Source: an uncultured Spirochaetota bacterium
GTDB lineage: Bacteria > Spirochaetota > Spirochaetia > SZUA-6 > Fen-1364
NCBI GenBank assembly: GCA_963820525.1
Contig: CAWGAA010000001.1
Span: 2,592,001-2,656,000 of the forward strand
Direction: 5' to 3'
Length of the DNA stretch: 64,000 nucleotides
Under the pieces are notes generated by a model. The model saw nothing but the letters and a program-made list of their open reading frames with translations, ran no database searches and was not told the DNA's origin. This document shows, one piece after another, positions 19,284 to 32,769 of the stretch. A program made the position numbers and the translations under genes. The number at the start of each line of letters is the position of its first letter. The first letter of the stretch is position 1.

Positions 19284-19304
19284 CTCGGGAGGGGTTCCGC
19301 TCGC

Positions 19305-21812
19305 CTACTCAGGGGTACCGGGTTCTGATTCTTCCGAATCGGCTTTCTCTTCCTGGTCCGATGGTTGGCCCTGCTCGCTTTCTTCCTCTTCCTTGACGAC
19401 ACGGGCCACTCCGACAACGACATCCGGCTTGGTGATATTGACGATCCGCACTCCCACCGCGGTCTTTCCAAGCGCGGCGATGTCCGAGAGGCGAAGCTTC
19501 AGAGCATTGCCCTGGGAGGTGATGCAGACAAGATCGTCCCTGGTGCTCACGGAAAGAACACCCACCACCTCGCCGGTCTTCTCCGAGGCCTTATAGCAGA
19601 TCTGGCCGCGAGTTCCCCTGCCATGGGGAGAGAAGTTGTCGTACTCCGTGCGCTTGCCGAAGCCGAACTCGCACACCAGGAGCATCTGCTCTCCTTCCTT
19701 GACCATGGCCATGCCGGAAAGCTCATCCTTGTCCGAAAGACGGATCCCCAGCACCCCCCGGGAGGATCTGCCGGTGGCACGCACTGCCTCCTCATTGAAA
19801 CGAAGGGCATTGCCCTTGCGCGTGACGAGCACGATCTCGTTCTTCCCCGAGGTGAGCTGCGCGGTGACCAGACCGTCTCCCTGATCCAGCTTGATGGCGA
19901 CGATGCCCCTCGCTTTGGCGTTGGCGAAATCCGAGATTGCGACCTTCTTTACCACGCCCTTGCGGGTGGCCATGAACACGTACTTCTCATCCGTGAAGTT
20001 GCGCAGGCTGACGATTGCGGTAATCTCCTCCTCGCTTCCCAGGGAGAGCAGAACCTTGATGCTCTGGCCTTTTGCCTGCCGCGTGCTCTCCGGGATTTCA
20101 TGAACCTTGATCCAATACGCGAGTCCCTTGTTGGTTATGCAAAGCACGTAGTCGTGGGTTGAAGCGATGAAGACCTGCTCGATGAAATCGTCTTCCTTGA
20201 GGTTGGCCGATGAAGAACCCTTTCCGCCCCTGCCCTGCCGGCGGTACGCCGTAACGGGGATCCGCTTGATGTAGCCGCGGTTGGAGATGAGAATGATCAT
20301 GTCCTCTTCCGCGATCAGGTCCTCGATGTTGATCTGCTCGGCTTCCTCCTCGATGATCTCGGTCCTTCTGTCGTCGCCGAACTTCTCGGATATCTCCTGA
20401 GTCTCCTCCTTCACCACCCCGAGAATCTTCTGCTCGCTTGAGAGAAGGTCTTTGAGGTGATCGATAAGAGCCAGCACCTCTTTCAATTCATCAAGGATTT
20501 TCTGGATCTCCAGCCCCGTAAGCCGCTGCAATCTCATGTCGAGAATCGCCTGGGCTTGCTTCTCCGACAGCTTGAACCGTTCCATGAGAGCCAGCCGCGC
20601 CGCTTCGGGGTTCGCCGAGCCCTTGATGAGAGCGATCACCTCGTCGATGTTCTCGACGGCGATCTTGAGCCCCTCCAGGATATGCGCCCGCTCCTCGGCC
20701 TTGGCCAGATCGAACTTCGTCCTCCTGGTGACCACTTCCTTCCTGTGGGCCATGAAGCAGTCGATCATGTCCTTCAGCCCGAGAATCTTGGGAAGTCCGT
20801 TCACTAAAGCGAGGTTGATCACTCCGAAGGAAATTTGAAGCTGCGTATGAGCGAACAGCTGATTCAAGATCACCTTGGGCGAGATGCCCTTTCGAAGATC
20901 TATCACGACCCTCATCCCATGCCTGTCAGACTCATCGTTGAGATCCACGATCCCGTCTATCTTCTTTTCCTTGACCAGGTCCGCGATCCGTACGATCATG
21001 TTGGCCTTGTTCACCTGGTAGGGAATTTCCGTGACGATGATCGAGTCCTTTCCTGAACTCGATGTCTCCACGGTTACCTTTGCGCGCACGGTGATCTTGC
21101 CGCGGCCGGTCGAATAAGCCTCCCGGATCCCATTCCTCCCGAGGATGATCCCCCCCGTCGGAAAATCGGGGCCTTTGACGATCTTCATCAGCTCTTCATT
21201 GGGGGTTTGTGGATTGTCGATGACCCGCACGATCGCTTCGCAGACCTCCCGCAGATTATTGGGAGGGATGTTGGTTGCCATTCCCACGGCGATCCCGCTG
21301 CCGCCGTTTGCCAGAAGGAAGGGAAACGCGGCGGGCAGGACGAGGGGTTCCATCTGCGACCCATCGTAGGTTGGGCCCAGGTCGACGGTGTCCTTGTTGA
21401 TGTCGCGCAGCATCTCTTCGGCTATCCGGTTCATCCGCGCTTCCGTGTATCGCACGGCCGCTGGGGGATCTCCGTCTATTGAACCGAAATTGCCCTGGCC
21501 ATCCACCACGGGGTAGCGCAGGCTGAAGTCCTGGGCAAGGCGGACCAGTGAATCGTAGATTGCCTGGTCTCCGTGGGGATGGAATTTCCCCAGGACGTCC
21601 CCCGTGATCCTCGCGCATTTCTTGTAAGGCCTGTCCGCGTGGAGACCCATCTCGTTCATCCCGAAGAGGATCCGGCGATGGACCGGTTTCAGCCCGTCAC
21701 GCGCGTCGGGCAGGGCTCTCGAAACGATGACCGACATCGCGTAGGTGAGGTATGAGTTCCTGACCTCCTCTTCAATGGGAAGGGGAATGATTCGCGTTCC
21801 TGCGTCAGACAT
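19305..21812 (-). CDS. gyrA: DNA gyrase subunit A
   Basis: [27 protein letters not shown], GyrA-box QGRGGKG. Confidence 0.97.
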   Translation of the reverse strand: MSDAGTRIIPLPIEEEVRNSYLTYAMSVIVSRALPDARDGLKPVHRRILFGMNEMGLHADRPYKKCARITGDVLGKFHPHGDQAIYDSLVRLAQDFSLRYPVVDGQGNFGSIDGDPPAAVRYTEARMNRIAEEMLRDINKDTVDLGPTYDGSQMEPLVLPAAFPFLLANGGSGIAVGMATNIPPNNLREVCEAIVRVIDNPQTPNEELMKIVKGPDFPTGGIILGRNGIREAYSTGRGKITVRAKVTVETSSSGKDSIIVTEIPYQVNKANMIVRIADLVKEKKIDGIVDLNDESDRHGMRVVIDLRKGISPKVILNQLFAHTQLQISFGVINLALVNGLPKILGLKDMIDCFMAHRKEVVTRRTKFDLAKAEERAHILEGLKIAVENIDEVIALIKGSANPEAARLALMERFKLSEKQAQAILDMRLQRLTGLEIQKILDELKEVLALIDHLKDLLSSEQKILGVVKEETQEISEKFGDDRRTEIIEEEAEQINIEDLIAEEDMIILISNRGYIKRIPVTAYRRQGRGGKGSSSANLKEDDFIEQVFIASTHDYVLCITNKGLAYWIKVHEIPESTRQAKGQSIKVLLSLGSEEEITAIVSLRNFTDEKYVFMATRKGVVKKVAISDFANAKARGIVAIKLDQGDGLVTAQLTSGKNEIVLVTRKGNALRFNEEAVRATGRSSRGVLGIRLSDKDELSGMAMVKEGEQMLLVCEFGFGKRTEYDNFSPHGRGTRGQICYKASEKTGEVVGVLSVSTRDDLVCITSQGNALKLRLSDIAALGKTAVGVRIVNITKPDVVVGVARVVKEEEESEQGQPSDQEEKADSEESEPGTPE

Positions 21813-21856
21813 TGCGTGTACTCCGTTTCACCTTCGAGGCGCCCTGCCCCGGGGAA

Positions 21857-24178
<2,322 letters not shown>

Positions 24179-24204
24179 TTTGAAAATAAGAAGGGGACAA
24201 AGCC

Positions 24205-25572
24205 ATGGAGGCGGGCAAACGGAGCCATGAGGCTTTCTGGAGACAGGCGCTGAAGGAAATCCAGGGAGAGCTGAGCGAGCAGGAGTTCGCCACCTGGTTC
24301 AAGGACGTGGAGTTTGCGGGCAGCGGGGACTCCAACATTCTCCTCTCGGTGCCTTCTTCCTTCTATAAAGACCAGATTTCTCAAAGATATCTGGCCAAGC
24401 TGGAGGGGAAGCTCCTCGAGCTCTCGGGTGAGGAGCTTTCGATCAAGTTCTCCGTTCAGAGGAAATCCCGCGAGAAAGCGTCCCACGAGGAGATGGCCCG
24501 GGGACAGAAGCCCGAGGATTCGGCGTCTCGAAAAAGACAGCACCCCCAGCTCAACCGCGAGTACACCTTCGAGCGCTTCATCATCGGGGAGTCCAACTCC
24601 TTTGCGGCGAACGCCGCTTTAGCCATCGCGAGGAATCCCGGCTCTGGATACAACCCCTGCCTCATCTACGGCGGGGTCGGGCTTGGAAAGACCCATCTCG
24701 TTCAGGCCATCGGCAACTCGGTCTACCGGGAGTTTCCCGACTTGAAGGTGGCGTACGTGACCGTGGAGACCTTCGCCAATGAGTTCATTCTTTCAATCCA
24801 AAAGAAAACAGGGCACCAGTTCAAGAACAAATACCGTTCCGTCGACGTCCTTTTGATCGACGATATCCATTTCCTGGAGGGAAAGGAAGGAACCCAGGAG
24901 GAACTGTTCCACACCTTCAATGCCCTCTACGACGCAAACAAGCAAATGGTGTTCACCAGCGATAGGCCGGTCTCGGAGATCCGAAGCCTTTCAGAACGCC
25001 TGAGGAGCCGATTCGAGCGTGGGCTCAATGTGGACCTCCAGCCGCCCAACTACGAGACGAGAATCGCCATCCTGAACAAGAAAATCGAAGAGAAGAAGGT
25101 GGATATCCCCGACGAGGTCGTGGAGCTCATCTGCCGCAATGTCACCACCAACGTGAGGGATCTCGAAAAGGCCCTCACCAAGCTCATCGCCTACGCCGAG
25201 CTCGTGAACAAGAACATCACCCTCGAGATCGCCCAACATCAGCTTAAGGACTTTTTCGCCCAGCCCAGCCAGAAGAACATCACCATCGAGCTCATCCAGA
25301 AGATCGTCTCCGACTACTTTGGGCTCACGTACAAGGACCTCCGCGGGAAGCGCAGAACAAAGGCCGTGGCCCTGCCCCGACAGGTTGCCATGTACATTGC
25401 CCGGGAGCTTACCGAGTTTTCCACCACGGAGGTTGGAGCGGAGTTCGGCGGCCGTGATCATACGACGGTCATGCATGCATGCCAGAAGATCGAAGACCGC
25501 ATGAAGATGGACCCCACGATGGACCCGATCATCCAGCAGCTGGTGAAGAAGATCAGGCAGAACAATGGGTAA
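24205..25572 (+). CDS. dnaA: Chromosomal replication initiator DnaA
   Basis: YNPCLIYGGVGLGKTHL, LLIDDIHF, QEELFHTFN, FGGRDHTTVMHA. Confidence 0.98.
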   Translation: MEAGKRSHEAFWRQALKEIQGELSEQEFATWFKDVEFAGSGDSNILLSVPSSFYKDQISQRYLAKLEGKLLELSGEELSIKFSVQRKSREKASHEEMARGQKPEDSASRKRQHPQLNREYTFERFIIGESNSFAANAALAIARNPGSGYNPCLIYGGVGLGKTHLVQAIGNSVYREFPDLKVAYVTVETFANEFILSIQKKTGHQFKNKYRSVDVLLIDDIHFLEGKEGTQEELFHTFNALYDANKQMVFTSDRPVSEIRSLSERLRSRFERGLNVDLQPPNYETRIAILNKKIEEKKVDIPDEVVELICRNVTTNVRDLEKALTKLIAYAELVNKNITLEIAQHQLKDFFAQPSQKNITIELIQKIVSDYFGLTYKDLRGKRRTKAVALPRQVAMYIARELTEFSTTEVGAEFGGRDHTTVMHACQKIEDRMKMDPTMDPIIQQLVKKIRQNNG

Positions 25573-25766
25573 GGATTGGGGACAGTCGGTGGGATCGGCC
25601 CCGGAGGAACGCCGACGGACAGGGAGCACAATGTGCAAACCCTATCTCCGAAAGGGCGGGGTATGGTAGAGTCACCCCTGGTGAGAGGACTATGTGCATG
25701 AATCGGGGATATCCGGCAGCGGTTATCCTTCTTCTCAACTCCCTATTGCCGAATGAAATGGATCGA

Positions 25767-25812
25767 TCTCCCACATATCCACAGCGCTTACTAGCATTAC
25801 CATTATTAGAAT
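25767..25812 (+). promoter_or_regulatory. oriC part 2: DnaA box, GC spacer and DnaA-trio array (unwinding site)
   Basis: ATATCCACA (25775-83), GCGCT, then TAC TAG CAT TAC CAT TAT TAG AAT. Confidence 0.75.
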
Positions 25813-25834
25813 TCTCTAGAAAGAGGAGGTAGAG

Positions 25835-26941
25835 ATGAAACTCATCTGCTCGCGCGATGCGATTCTCAAAGAGATTGGTATTGCCCAGGAGGTCATATCC
25901 TCGAAGAACTCCCTCTCGATCCTCTCCAACGTCCTTTTAACGGCGACCAAGGGAACCCTCGTATTGCAGGCGACAGATCTCAAGGTGGGCTTTGAAACGA
26001 GCATTCCCGTGGACGTGGTGCAGGAAGGAACGACAACGGCATTCTGCGACAAGCTTCTCAATATCATCAGGTCCCTTCCCGAGGGAGATGTCGAATTGGA
26101 GCAGACGGATGCGACGATGCTGCGCATCAGGCCCGTTTCGAAGAAGATCGATTTCCAGCTCCGCTGCATCCCGGCGGACAAGTACCCCGAGATCGCCAAG
26201 GTGGCGGACTCCAGCTACTTCGACTTTCCCCAGAAGGATTTCATCGAGATGGTATCCAAGACTCTGTTCGCCGTCTCAGACGACGAGACCCGCTACTTCA
26301 TGAACGGGATCTTCGTGGAAAAGCGGGATGACATGCTCGTCATGGTGGCGACTGACGGACGGCGCCTGGCCCACATCTCAAGAAAGATTCCCGTCCCCAT
26401 TGAAAACCTCCGTGGCGTGATTCTCCCTCCAAAGATCCTTACCATCGTTCGAAAGCTCTCCTCCGGCGAAGGCAGCCTTTCTCTCGCCCTGACCGATAAG
26501 AACCTGTTCGTGCGAATGGACGGGAAGAACCTCGCTTCGAACCTGATCGATGGGCAGTTCCCCGATTACAGGAGAGTGATTCCCGACGCCCAGAAGTACC
26601 GCGCCACGATAGAGCGGGAGCCTCTGGAAGACGCCCTGCGCCGCGTGTCGCTCCTTGTCGAGCAGAAATCCCGAAAGGTGATCTTTGCCGTGACCGAAGG
26701 GGCCGTGACCATCTCTTCCAAGGAGAGCGAGCTCGGAGTCGCCAGCGAGGAGGTCGCCTGCGACTATTCCGGGCCGAACATGTCATTCGCCGTGAACTGC
26801 CTCTACATGATCGAACCGCTTCGAGAGATCGGCTCCCGAACCGTTTCCCTGGAGTTCAGCGACGTGAACAAAGCCATCACCGTGAAGCCGCAGCCAGAGG
26901 ACGGCTACCTGAACATCATCATGCCCATGCAGCTGGATTGA
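25835..26941 (+). CDS. dnaN: DNA polymerase III beta clamp
   Basis: ILSNVLL, ATDL, SDDETRYFMNG, VATDGRRLA, LIDGQFPDY, IMPM. Confidence 0.97.
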   Translation: MKLICSRDAILKEIGIAQEVISSKNSLSILSNVLLTATKGTLVLQATDLKVGFETSIPVDVVQEGTTTAFCDKLLNIIRSLPEGDVELEQTDATMLRIRPVSKKIDFQLRCIPADKYPEIAKVADSSYFDFPQKDFIEMVSKTLFAVSDDETRYFMNGIFVEKRDDMLVMVATDGRRLAHISRKIPVPIENLRGVILPPKILTIVRKLSSGEGSLSLALTDKNLFVRMDGKNLASNLIDGQFPDYRRVIPDAQKYRATIEREPLEDALRRVSLLVEQKSRKVIFAVTEGAVTISSKESELGVASEEVACDYSGPNMSFAVNCLYMIEPLREIGSRTVSLEFSDVNKAITVKPQPEDGYLNIIMPMQLD

Positions 26942-28026
26942 TGGGGTTTGAATCGGTTCGGTTCTTCAACTTCCGCAATCTCAGGGATCGGGAGCTCTCC
27001 CTGGGCGCGAAGGAGGTCTTTCTCATCGGCGAGAACGGCCAGGGGAAAACCAACCTGATCGAGGCGATCTACCTGCTGAGCGTGGCTTCCTCCTTCAGGG
27101 AGAATCGCGACTCCGTAATGTTTCGCGATTCCCAGGCCGAGATGGGCCTGTCCGGCCGCTATACCGACCCCATGGGGGGGGTGAAGGTGGTGGACCTCCG
27201 GGTCCGGACCGGCATGAAAAAAGAGATCAGGGTGGACGGCAGGCCCCTGATTGATCGCAGAGAGCTCATCGGCCAGGTCCTTTGCATCTGCTTCGTTCAG
27301 CAGGACATGGATTTCGTCGCCGGGACCCCCGAGGCCAGGCGCCGCTTCTTCGACCAGACCCTCGTCCTTTCAACCCCTGCCTTCATCGAAACCCTCCGAG
27401 CGTACCGCAAAGTGCTCAAGGCGCGGAACTTCGTGCTCAAACAGCGCCGGGAAGAGCTTTTGGACGCATACGATAAACAGCTCGCCGCCTTCGGGCTCGA
27501 GCTGACCGCCGGACGCGCATCACTGGTTCGCCGGTTCAACACCGTTTTTTCTCCGCTCTTCAAGGACATCATGGGCGTAGAGACGCCTGTCGAGATCCGC
27601 TATGCTCCTTCCTGGCGGGAGACGTCGAGCGCCGCTGAGGCTGAAGAGCTCCTCGCGGCGATGCGCGGCAGGGATCTCGCTTTCGGAGCGTCCACGACAG
27701 GGCCTCACCGCGACCTGTTTCAGTTCTCCTGCGACGGCAGGGATTTTGCCGCCTACGCTTCGACGGGACAGATGCGCTTGTGCGCCCTCGTCCTCCGAGT
27801 GGCTCAGGCCGCCTTCCTGGCCGAGCGTACGGGAAAGAAACCAGTACTCCTCCTCGACGACGTTCTCTTGGAGCTCGATCCGGCAAAGAAGAGGGCCTTT
27901 ATCTCCCGGCTCCCCGAAAGCGAGCAGGCCTTCTTCACATTTCTTCCTGACGAGAACTATCTCCCCTATCGGGGCGACGCCACTCTCCTTCTTGCCGTGG
28001 AAAATGGGGATTTCCGCGCATGGTGA
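26941..28026 (+). CDS. recF: DNA replication/repair protein RecF
   Basis: NFRNL, GENGQGKTNLIEA, GPHRD, STGQMR, LLLDDVLLELD. Confidence 0.96.
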   Translation: MGFESVRFFNFRNLRDRELSLGAKEVFLIGENGQGKTNLIEAIYLLSVASSFRENRDSVMFRDSQAEMGLSGRYTDPMGGVKVVDLRVRTGMKKEIRVDGRPLIDRRELIGQVLCICFVQQDMDFVAGTPEARRRFFDQTLVLSTPAFIETLRAYRKVLKARNFVLKQRREELLDAYDKQLAAFGLELTAGRASLVRRFNTVFSPLFKDIMGVETPVEIRYAPSWRETSSAAEAEELLAAMRGRDLAFGASTTGPHRDLFQFSCDGRDFAAYASTGQMRLCALVLRVAQAAFLAERTGKKPVLLLDDVLLELDPAKKRAFISRLPESEQAFFTFLPDENYLPYRGDATLLLAVENGDFRAW

Positions 28027-28316
28027 AGAAAATCGGCGATGTCCTGCGGGAGTTTCTCAAGGAGCGGGGATGGCCGGCTGAAGATCCCTGCTCCGCCGTG
28101 TTCCTGAACTGGAAGAGCATTGTCGGGGAGACTTTCGGGGAGCATTCGTGGCCCATGGAGGTGGAAGACGGGACGCTTGTCGTGGAGGTCGATCACCCGG
28201 GCTGGATGCAGATGTTTCTCCTCAGGAAAGGCTGCCTGCTGGAATCCGTGAGGAAGGTCTCTCCGCGGGCGGGAATTCGAGACCTGCGCGTCCGCCTCCG
28301 GGCCAGATGCCCATAG
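28020..28316 (+). CDS. dciA: DUF721/DciA family protein
   Basis: W..IVG...H..P...GTLVVEVDHPGW; directly after recF. Confidence 0.8.
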   Translation: MVKKIGDVLREFLKERGWPAEDPCSAVFLNWKSIVGETFGEHSWPMEVEDGTLVVEVDHPGWMQMFLLRKGCLLESVRKVSPRAGIRDLRVRLRARCP

Positions 28317-28360
28317 GGGCCGGATGCGGTGCGCAGGCGGCGGCATCGACTTTCGAGGCA

Positions 28361-28389
28361 TTGACACGATACCGGAGAATCCCTATATT
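28361..28389 (+). promoter_or_regulatory. Sigma70 promoter for the rpmH operon
   Basis: TTGACA-17 nt-TATATT. Confidence 0.7.
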
Positions 28390-28453
28390 CATTTGGTTCA
28401 TTTCAGCCGTGTAATAAACCCTGGTTGTCCAGGATATCAAGGAGCTTATTCAC

Positions 28454-28609
28454 ATGAAGCGCACCTATCAGCCCAGCAAGGTCAAGAGAACGAGAAAATT
28501 CGGGTTTCGGGCGCGAATGAAGACCAAGGGCGGCAGGCTCGTCCTCAAGCGCAGGAGGGCGAAAGGTAGGATCAAGCTGACCGCCTCAGATGAGAAAAAG
28601 CCTTACTAG
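28454..28609 (+). CDS. rpmH: 50S ribosomal protein L34
   Basis: Manual translation [51 protein letters not shown]. Confidence 0.97.
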   Translation: MKRTYQPSKVKRTRKFGFRARMKTKGGRLVLKRRRAKGRIKLTASDEKKPY

Positions 28610-28928
28610 GAGCGAACGCCTCCGCGCGACGGGCGAGATAAGAGCCCTCCTGCGGTCCGCCAAGAGGATCGAAGGGCAGGGAGTAAAGCTGCTCTACCGG
28701 GACAACGGTGGGGGAGCAAACAGGATTGCAGTAATCGTCGGTCGAGGATGCGGCGGCGCTGTCCGGCGAAATCGCGAGAAGAGGATCACCCGGGAAGCCT
28801 ACCGCGAGCTGAAGCCGGAGCTCAAGCCTGGAAAGGACATGGTTTTCATCATCGGTAGATTCGGGCAAACCTCTGTCCAGAGACGGGAAGCCCTGCGCGG
28901 GCTTTTCAAGCGGGCGGACCTCTCGTGA
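28590..28928 (+). CDS. rnpA: Ribonuclease P protein component
   Basis: [16 protein letters not shown] (RNR motif); synteny. Confidence 0.92.
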   Translation: MRKSLTRSERLRATGEIRALLRSAKRIEGQGVKLLYRDNGGGANRIAVIVGRGCGGAVRRNREKRITREAYRELKPELKPGKDMVFIIGRFGQTSVQRREALRGLFKRADLS

Positions 28929-29158
28929 TCGCATGGATCGAGAAGGCAGTGCGGTTTCTCGCCGTTTCCCCCATCAAGGTCTACCAGTATCTCGTCTCGC
29001 CGCTTTTCCCGCCCTCCTGCCGGTATGTTCCCACATGCTCCCAGTACGCCGTGGAAGCGATCATGAAATACGGAATCCTGAAGGGTGTGTATCTCGGGGT
29101 GCGCAGGCTCTTGCGCTGTCATCCCTTCCACCCCGGCGGATACGACCCCGTTCCATAG
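28925..29158 (+). CDS. yidD: Membrane protein insertion efficiency factor YidD
   Basis: [17 protein letters not shown]...[17 protein letters not shown]. Confidence 0.96.
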   Translation: MIAWIEKAVRFLAVSPIKVYQYLVSPLFPPSCRYVPTCSQYAVEAIMKYGILKGVYLGVRRLLRCHPFHPGGYDPVP

Positions 29159-29167
29159 AGGAGATGC

Positions 29168-30997
29168 ATGGATAAAAGGACTCTCTTAGCCGTCGTAATC
29201 TCGGTGGCCATCCTCATCGCGGGAACGCTCATCCAGCAGTGGCTTTTCCCCGCGCCGCCGAGCAGGCAGACCCCGACCCCTGCGGCGACACAGCCGGCCA
29301 CGGAGGGACAGCAGGGCAGCCAGCCTCAGCCTCAGCCCGCCGGCGCATCCACGACAGCCGGGCAGCAGGCGCCCGGAAAGCCGGCGGGCATCGCGGCGCC
29401 CGGCGTGGTTGTGCCGGTCCCCCAAAGCGGCGCGATCCAGCCCGGGCTGGAGAAGGTGGAGCGCGATACATCGTTGTTCCATCTCACTTTCTCCCGCGAG
29501 GGAGGTGTTCTCACCTCGATCCAGCTGAAGAAATTCAAGAACGCGAACGGATCTCTCGTGGACATGGTGCTCCCCTCCACCACGGGGCAATATCCTTTCG
29601 ACATCTCCTTCGGGGATTACAAGACGCCGTGGATTACGGTCGCCTTCGATCTCAAGGAGACGGTGAGTCCCCAGCAGTCCGTATTCGAGTTCTCCCGTGC
29701 CTTCCTCTCGGTCACCGGCGTCCCCTTTACGCTTCGAAAGACCTACGTCTTCCACAACGACGAGTACATGATGGAGCTTCGCGTTTCCCTCGAGAACTCG
29801 GTGAACGACGTGCCGGACCTCGGGCCCGGCACCTACGCCTATTCCCTGAGCATCGGCCCCCAGATCGGCCCCCCTTTCCTGAAGCTGGACGGCAGGAGCG
29901 AGTACCGCTCTTTTTTCACCTATTCGAACAACAAGCTCAAGGACCTGGGAGGTCTCTCGGGCCAGGTGAAGGAGAGCAGTGACAGCCTCACATGGGCGGG
30001 GATCGTGGGAAAATACTTTACCGTGCTGGCCATTCCTGACGCAAATCAGTATCGCTACATCTTCGACGCCGAGAAGCTCGTCCCCAACTTCGACAGATCC
30101 GCCCTCTCCATCGAGCGGCCCAGGCTCAAGGCCGCCAAGACCCAGGACGTTTTCCGCTTCTATATCGGGCCAAAGATGAGGGAGATCTTGAGCCGTTACA
30201 ACGACACGGGCAACAACACCTTCGCCGTGAGCGATCTCAAGCTCGACGAGGTGATCAAATCTCCACCGATCATTGGGGGGCTGGCGCGGCTGTTGAGCTG
30301 GTTCCTTCTCCAGTTCTTCAAGGCAATCCCCAACTACGGCGTCGACATCATCCTGCTCACGCTGTTTCTGAAGCTCATTTTCCTGCCCCTGACGTTCAGG
30401 AGCTCCGAGGCCACAGCACGGATGCAGGCCCTGAACCCCAAGATCAGCGAGATCAGGGAAAGGCTCAAGGGCAAGCCGGACAAGATGAACCAGGAGATCG
30501 CGGAGCTCTACAGGAGAGAGAAGATCAATCCGCTGAGCGGCTGTCTGCCTCTTCTCCTGCAGCTTCCCATACTCTGGGCCTTCTACAGCATGCTGAGCGA
30601 CAACTTTTTCCTGCGGGGCTCCGGATTCATAGCGGGTTGGATCACGGACCTCTCCGCCCCCGAAGCGGTCTGGGATTTCTCTCCCTTCACCATCCCCATC
30701 GCGGGATGGCACAGCCTGCGCATCCTGCCCTTCCTGATGCTCGCCACCCAGTTTCTCACCACCAAGGTGACCACGCCCCAGGACTCCTCCCAGCAGGGCG
30801 CGCAGATGAAGCTCTTCACCTACGTGCTTCCGGCGGTATTCTTCTTCATCCTCTACGATATGCCGTCGGGGCTCGTGCTCTATTGGACAGTTCAAAACAT
30901 ATTCTCCATCTTCCAGCAGCTCTACATCAACTCCGTGAACAAGAAGAAGAAGCTGATGGCCGGGAAGGTGGAGGTGGTGAATACACGGAGGAAATAA
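29168..30997 (+). CDS. yidC: Membrane protein insertase YidC
   Basis: NYGVDIILLT, INPLSGCLPLLLQLP, WITDLSAP, PSGLVLYW. Confidence 0.96.
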   Translation: MDKRTLLAVVISVAILIAGTLIQQWLFPAPPSRQTPTPAATQPATEGQQGSQPQPQPAGASTTAGQQAPGKPAGIAAPGVVVPVPQSGAIQPGLEKVERDTSLFHLTFSREGGVLTSIQLKKFKNANGSLVDMVLPSTTGQYPFDISFGDYKTPWITVAFDLKETVSPQQSVFEFSRAFLSVTGVPFTLRKTYVFHNDEYMMELRVSLENSVNDVPDLGPGTYAYSLSIGPQIGPPFLKLDGRSEYRSFFTYSNNKLKDLGGLSGQVKESSDSLTWAGIVGKYFTVLAIPDANQYRYIFDAEKLVPNFDRSALSIERPRLKAAKTQDVFRFYIGPKMREILSRYNDTGNNTFAVSDLKLDEVIKSPPIIGGLARLLSWFLLQFFKAIPNYGVDIILLTLFLKLIFLPLTFRSSEATARMQALNPKISEIRERLKGKPDKMNQEIAELYRREKINPLSGCLPLLLQLPILWAFYSMLSDNFFLRGSGFIAGWITDLSAPEAVWDFSPFTIPIAGWHSLRILPFLMLATQFLTTKVTTPQDSSQQGAQMKLFTYVLPAVFFFILYDMPSGLVLYWTVQNIFSIFQQLYINSVNKKKKLMAGKVEVVNTRRK

Positions 30998-30999
30998 AC

Positions 31000-31695
31000 A
31001 TGATCGTGAGGGAGTTCGAAGGAAAGAACGAAAAGGAGGCGATCGACAGGGCGATCGAGGAGCTCGGTCTGGATCGCAACGAAATCGATTTCGAGATCGT
31101 GGAGGCAAAACGGCCCGGCATCCTCTTCCGGGGCGGAAAGGTGAAGATCCGCGTCCACATGAGCGAGGAGCAGGAAGAGGAACCCCCCCCACAGCAGGGC
31201 TCCAGCGACCCCACTCCTCAGACACCCTTCGAGGAGAAGATCGTGGATTTCACCAGGGACCTTCTCGCCAAGATGGGCTTCCCGGCACAGGTCGTCGTCA
31301 ACCGCCGGGAGGAGAGGAGGTTGGGCCTCGACGTAGAGACGGAAAACTCAGCCATCCTGATCGGCAAGCAGGGAAAGACGTTGGAAGCATTCCAGTTCAT
31401 TGTGAACCTGGCGGCCGGCCGCATGGGGGGGGATTCCACGCGGATCGTGATCGATACCCAGGACTATAGAAGCCGCAGGGAGCGAAGCCTTATAAGAATG
31501 GCCAACCAGGTCGCCGAGCAGGTCCGTCGAAGCAGGGATTCGCGCCTTCTGGAGGCGATGAATCCCTTCGAGCGCAGGATCATCCACACTACTCTCGCCA
31601 CCCACGGAGACATCGAGACGGTGAGCGAGGGGGACGGGCTGTACAAGAGGATCCGGGTCATCTACCGCGGCAAACAGGGCTCCCGGAGGGAGTGA
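31000..31695 (+). CDS. jag: Jag/KhpB/EloR RNA-binding protein (KH + R3H)
   Basis: EFEGK, LIGKQGKTLEA, MNPFERRIIH; ATG at 31000. Confidence 0.94.
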   Translation: MIVREFEGKNEKEAIDRAIEELGLDRNEIDFEIVEAKRPGILFRGGKVKIRVHMSEEQEEEPPPQQGSSDPTPQTPFEEKIVDFTRDLLAKMGFPAQVVVNRREERRLGLDVETENSAILIGKQGKTLEAFQFIVNLAAGRMGGDSTRIVIDTQDYRSRRERSLIRMANQVAEQVRRSRDSRLLEAMNPFERRIIHTTLATHGDIETVSEGDGLYKRIRVIYRGKQGSRRE

Positions 31696-31700
31696 TCGCC

Positions 31701-31931
31701 GTGCCGATCTACGAATACCAGTGCAAGGATTGCGGATCCCCCTTCGAGCTTCTCGTGCGTTCCGACACCCGTATCGCGTGTCCCTCGTGCGACAGCGCGC
31801 GCGTGGTGAAGAAGCTCAGCCTCTTCTCGGCCCAGGTGAAGAAGGGGACGGAATCCGTTCCGTCCTGCCACACGGGCGCCTCCGGCTGCGACCTGGGCAA
31901 GTGCGGCTCCGGCTTCTGCGGGGTGGACTGA
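31701..31931 (+). CDS. FmdB-family zinc ribbon protein
   Basis: PIYEYQCKDCG..FE...CPSC..KLS, Cys-rich tail. Confidence 0.85.
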   Translation: MPIYEYQCKDCGSPFELLVRSDTRIACPSCDSARVVKKLSLFSAQVKKGTESVPSCHTGASGCDLGKCGSGFCGVD

Positions 31932-31958
31932 CAGGCCGTTTTTTCACATACTGGGCGC

Positions 31959-32759
31959 ATGGCTGCGGGTGAGAGGACGGGGATCTCCGTCTGGGACCCG
32001 GTCGAGATAAGGCACAGGCAATGCGCGGTATGGCGCTTTCCGCCTCGGCGCATATTCGTGGAGCGGCTCGACATCGAGTGGCACGTCCTTTCTCTACCCG
32101 GAAGCGGCGGCACCGCCTCCAGCGCCTTCATCGAAAGGGCTGAAAAGCCCCTCTCTTCCGCCTGGCGGCACTATCTGGTACGGGACGCATCCCCTGTGCA
32201 GCCCCTGCCCATGCTCCCCGACCGTCCCCTCGTTGTCAGGCCGGACCGCCCTCTGACCATCCTTCCGGGCGAGCGCGCCCTGTTTTTTCTCGAAATACCG
32301 GTCTGGTTCCGTCTTTCCATCGCTTCGGAACAGCCTGTTCGCATCTTCGAAGAGCCCCTCTCCATCCTGTCAAACACGTGGTTTGGCGATCCCGTCAACG
32401 GAGAGCTCTGCTACACGCTGTATGTCAGGCTTCACCAGGGGATCGAGTCGGTTGATCCCAGCGCATACCTTGCAGTCTGCCCCCTGTCTCTCACGAACGA
32501 CTCCGACATCGACCTTCCCTTCGAGAAGCTCTGCCTGCACGCTGAAAACTTGAGCGTGTTCAAGAGCGAGAAGAGGTTGTGGACGAACAGGCTGAATGTC
32601 GTGTTCAAGGGGCCGGATCAGGCAACGCAGATCCAGATCGTGAACGCCCAGCCTGATTTCGAGGACGGGCTCTCGCTGGTTGCGGCCGCCCGCCAGCCGG
32701 CGGAGGCGTGGAGCATTCGAAAGACTTTCAGCATGTTGAAGTATTTCACGGAGTTTTGA
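31959..32759 (+). CDS. DUF432-like hypothetical protein
   Basis: LPDRPLVVRP, LSNTWFGDPVNGELCY; precedes an MscS gene. Confidence 0.65.
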   Translation: MAAGERTGISVWDPVEIRHRQCAVWRFPPRRIFVERLDIEWHVLSLPGSGGTASSAFIERAEKPLSSAWRHYLVRDASPVQPLPMLPDRPLVVRPDRPLTILPGERALFFLEIPVWFRLSIASEQPVRIFEEPLSILSNTWFGDPVNGELCYTLYVRLHQGIESVDPSAYLAVCPLSLTNDSDIDLPFEKLCLHAENLSVFKSEKRLWTNRLNVVFKGPDQATQIQIVNAQPDFEDGLSLVAAARQPAEAWSIRKTFSMLKYFTEF

Positions 32760-32769
32760 GGAAAAGGGA

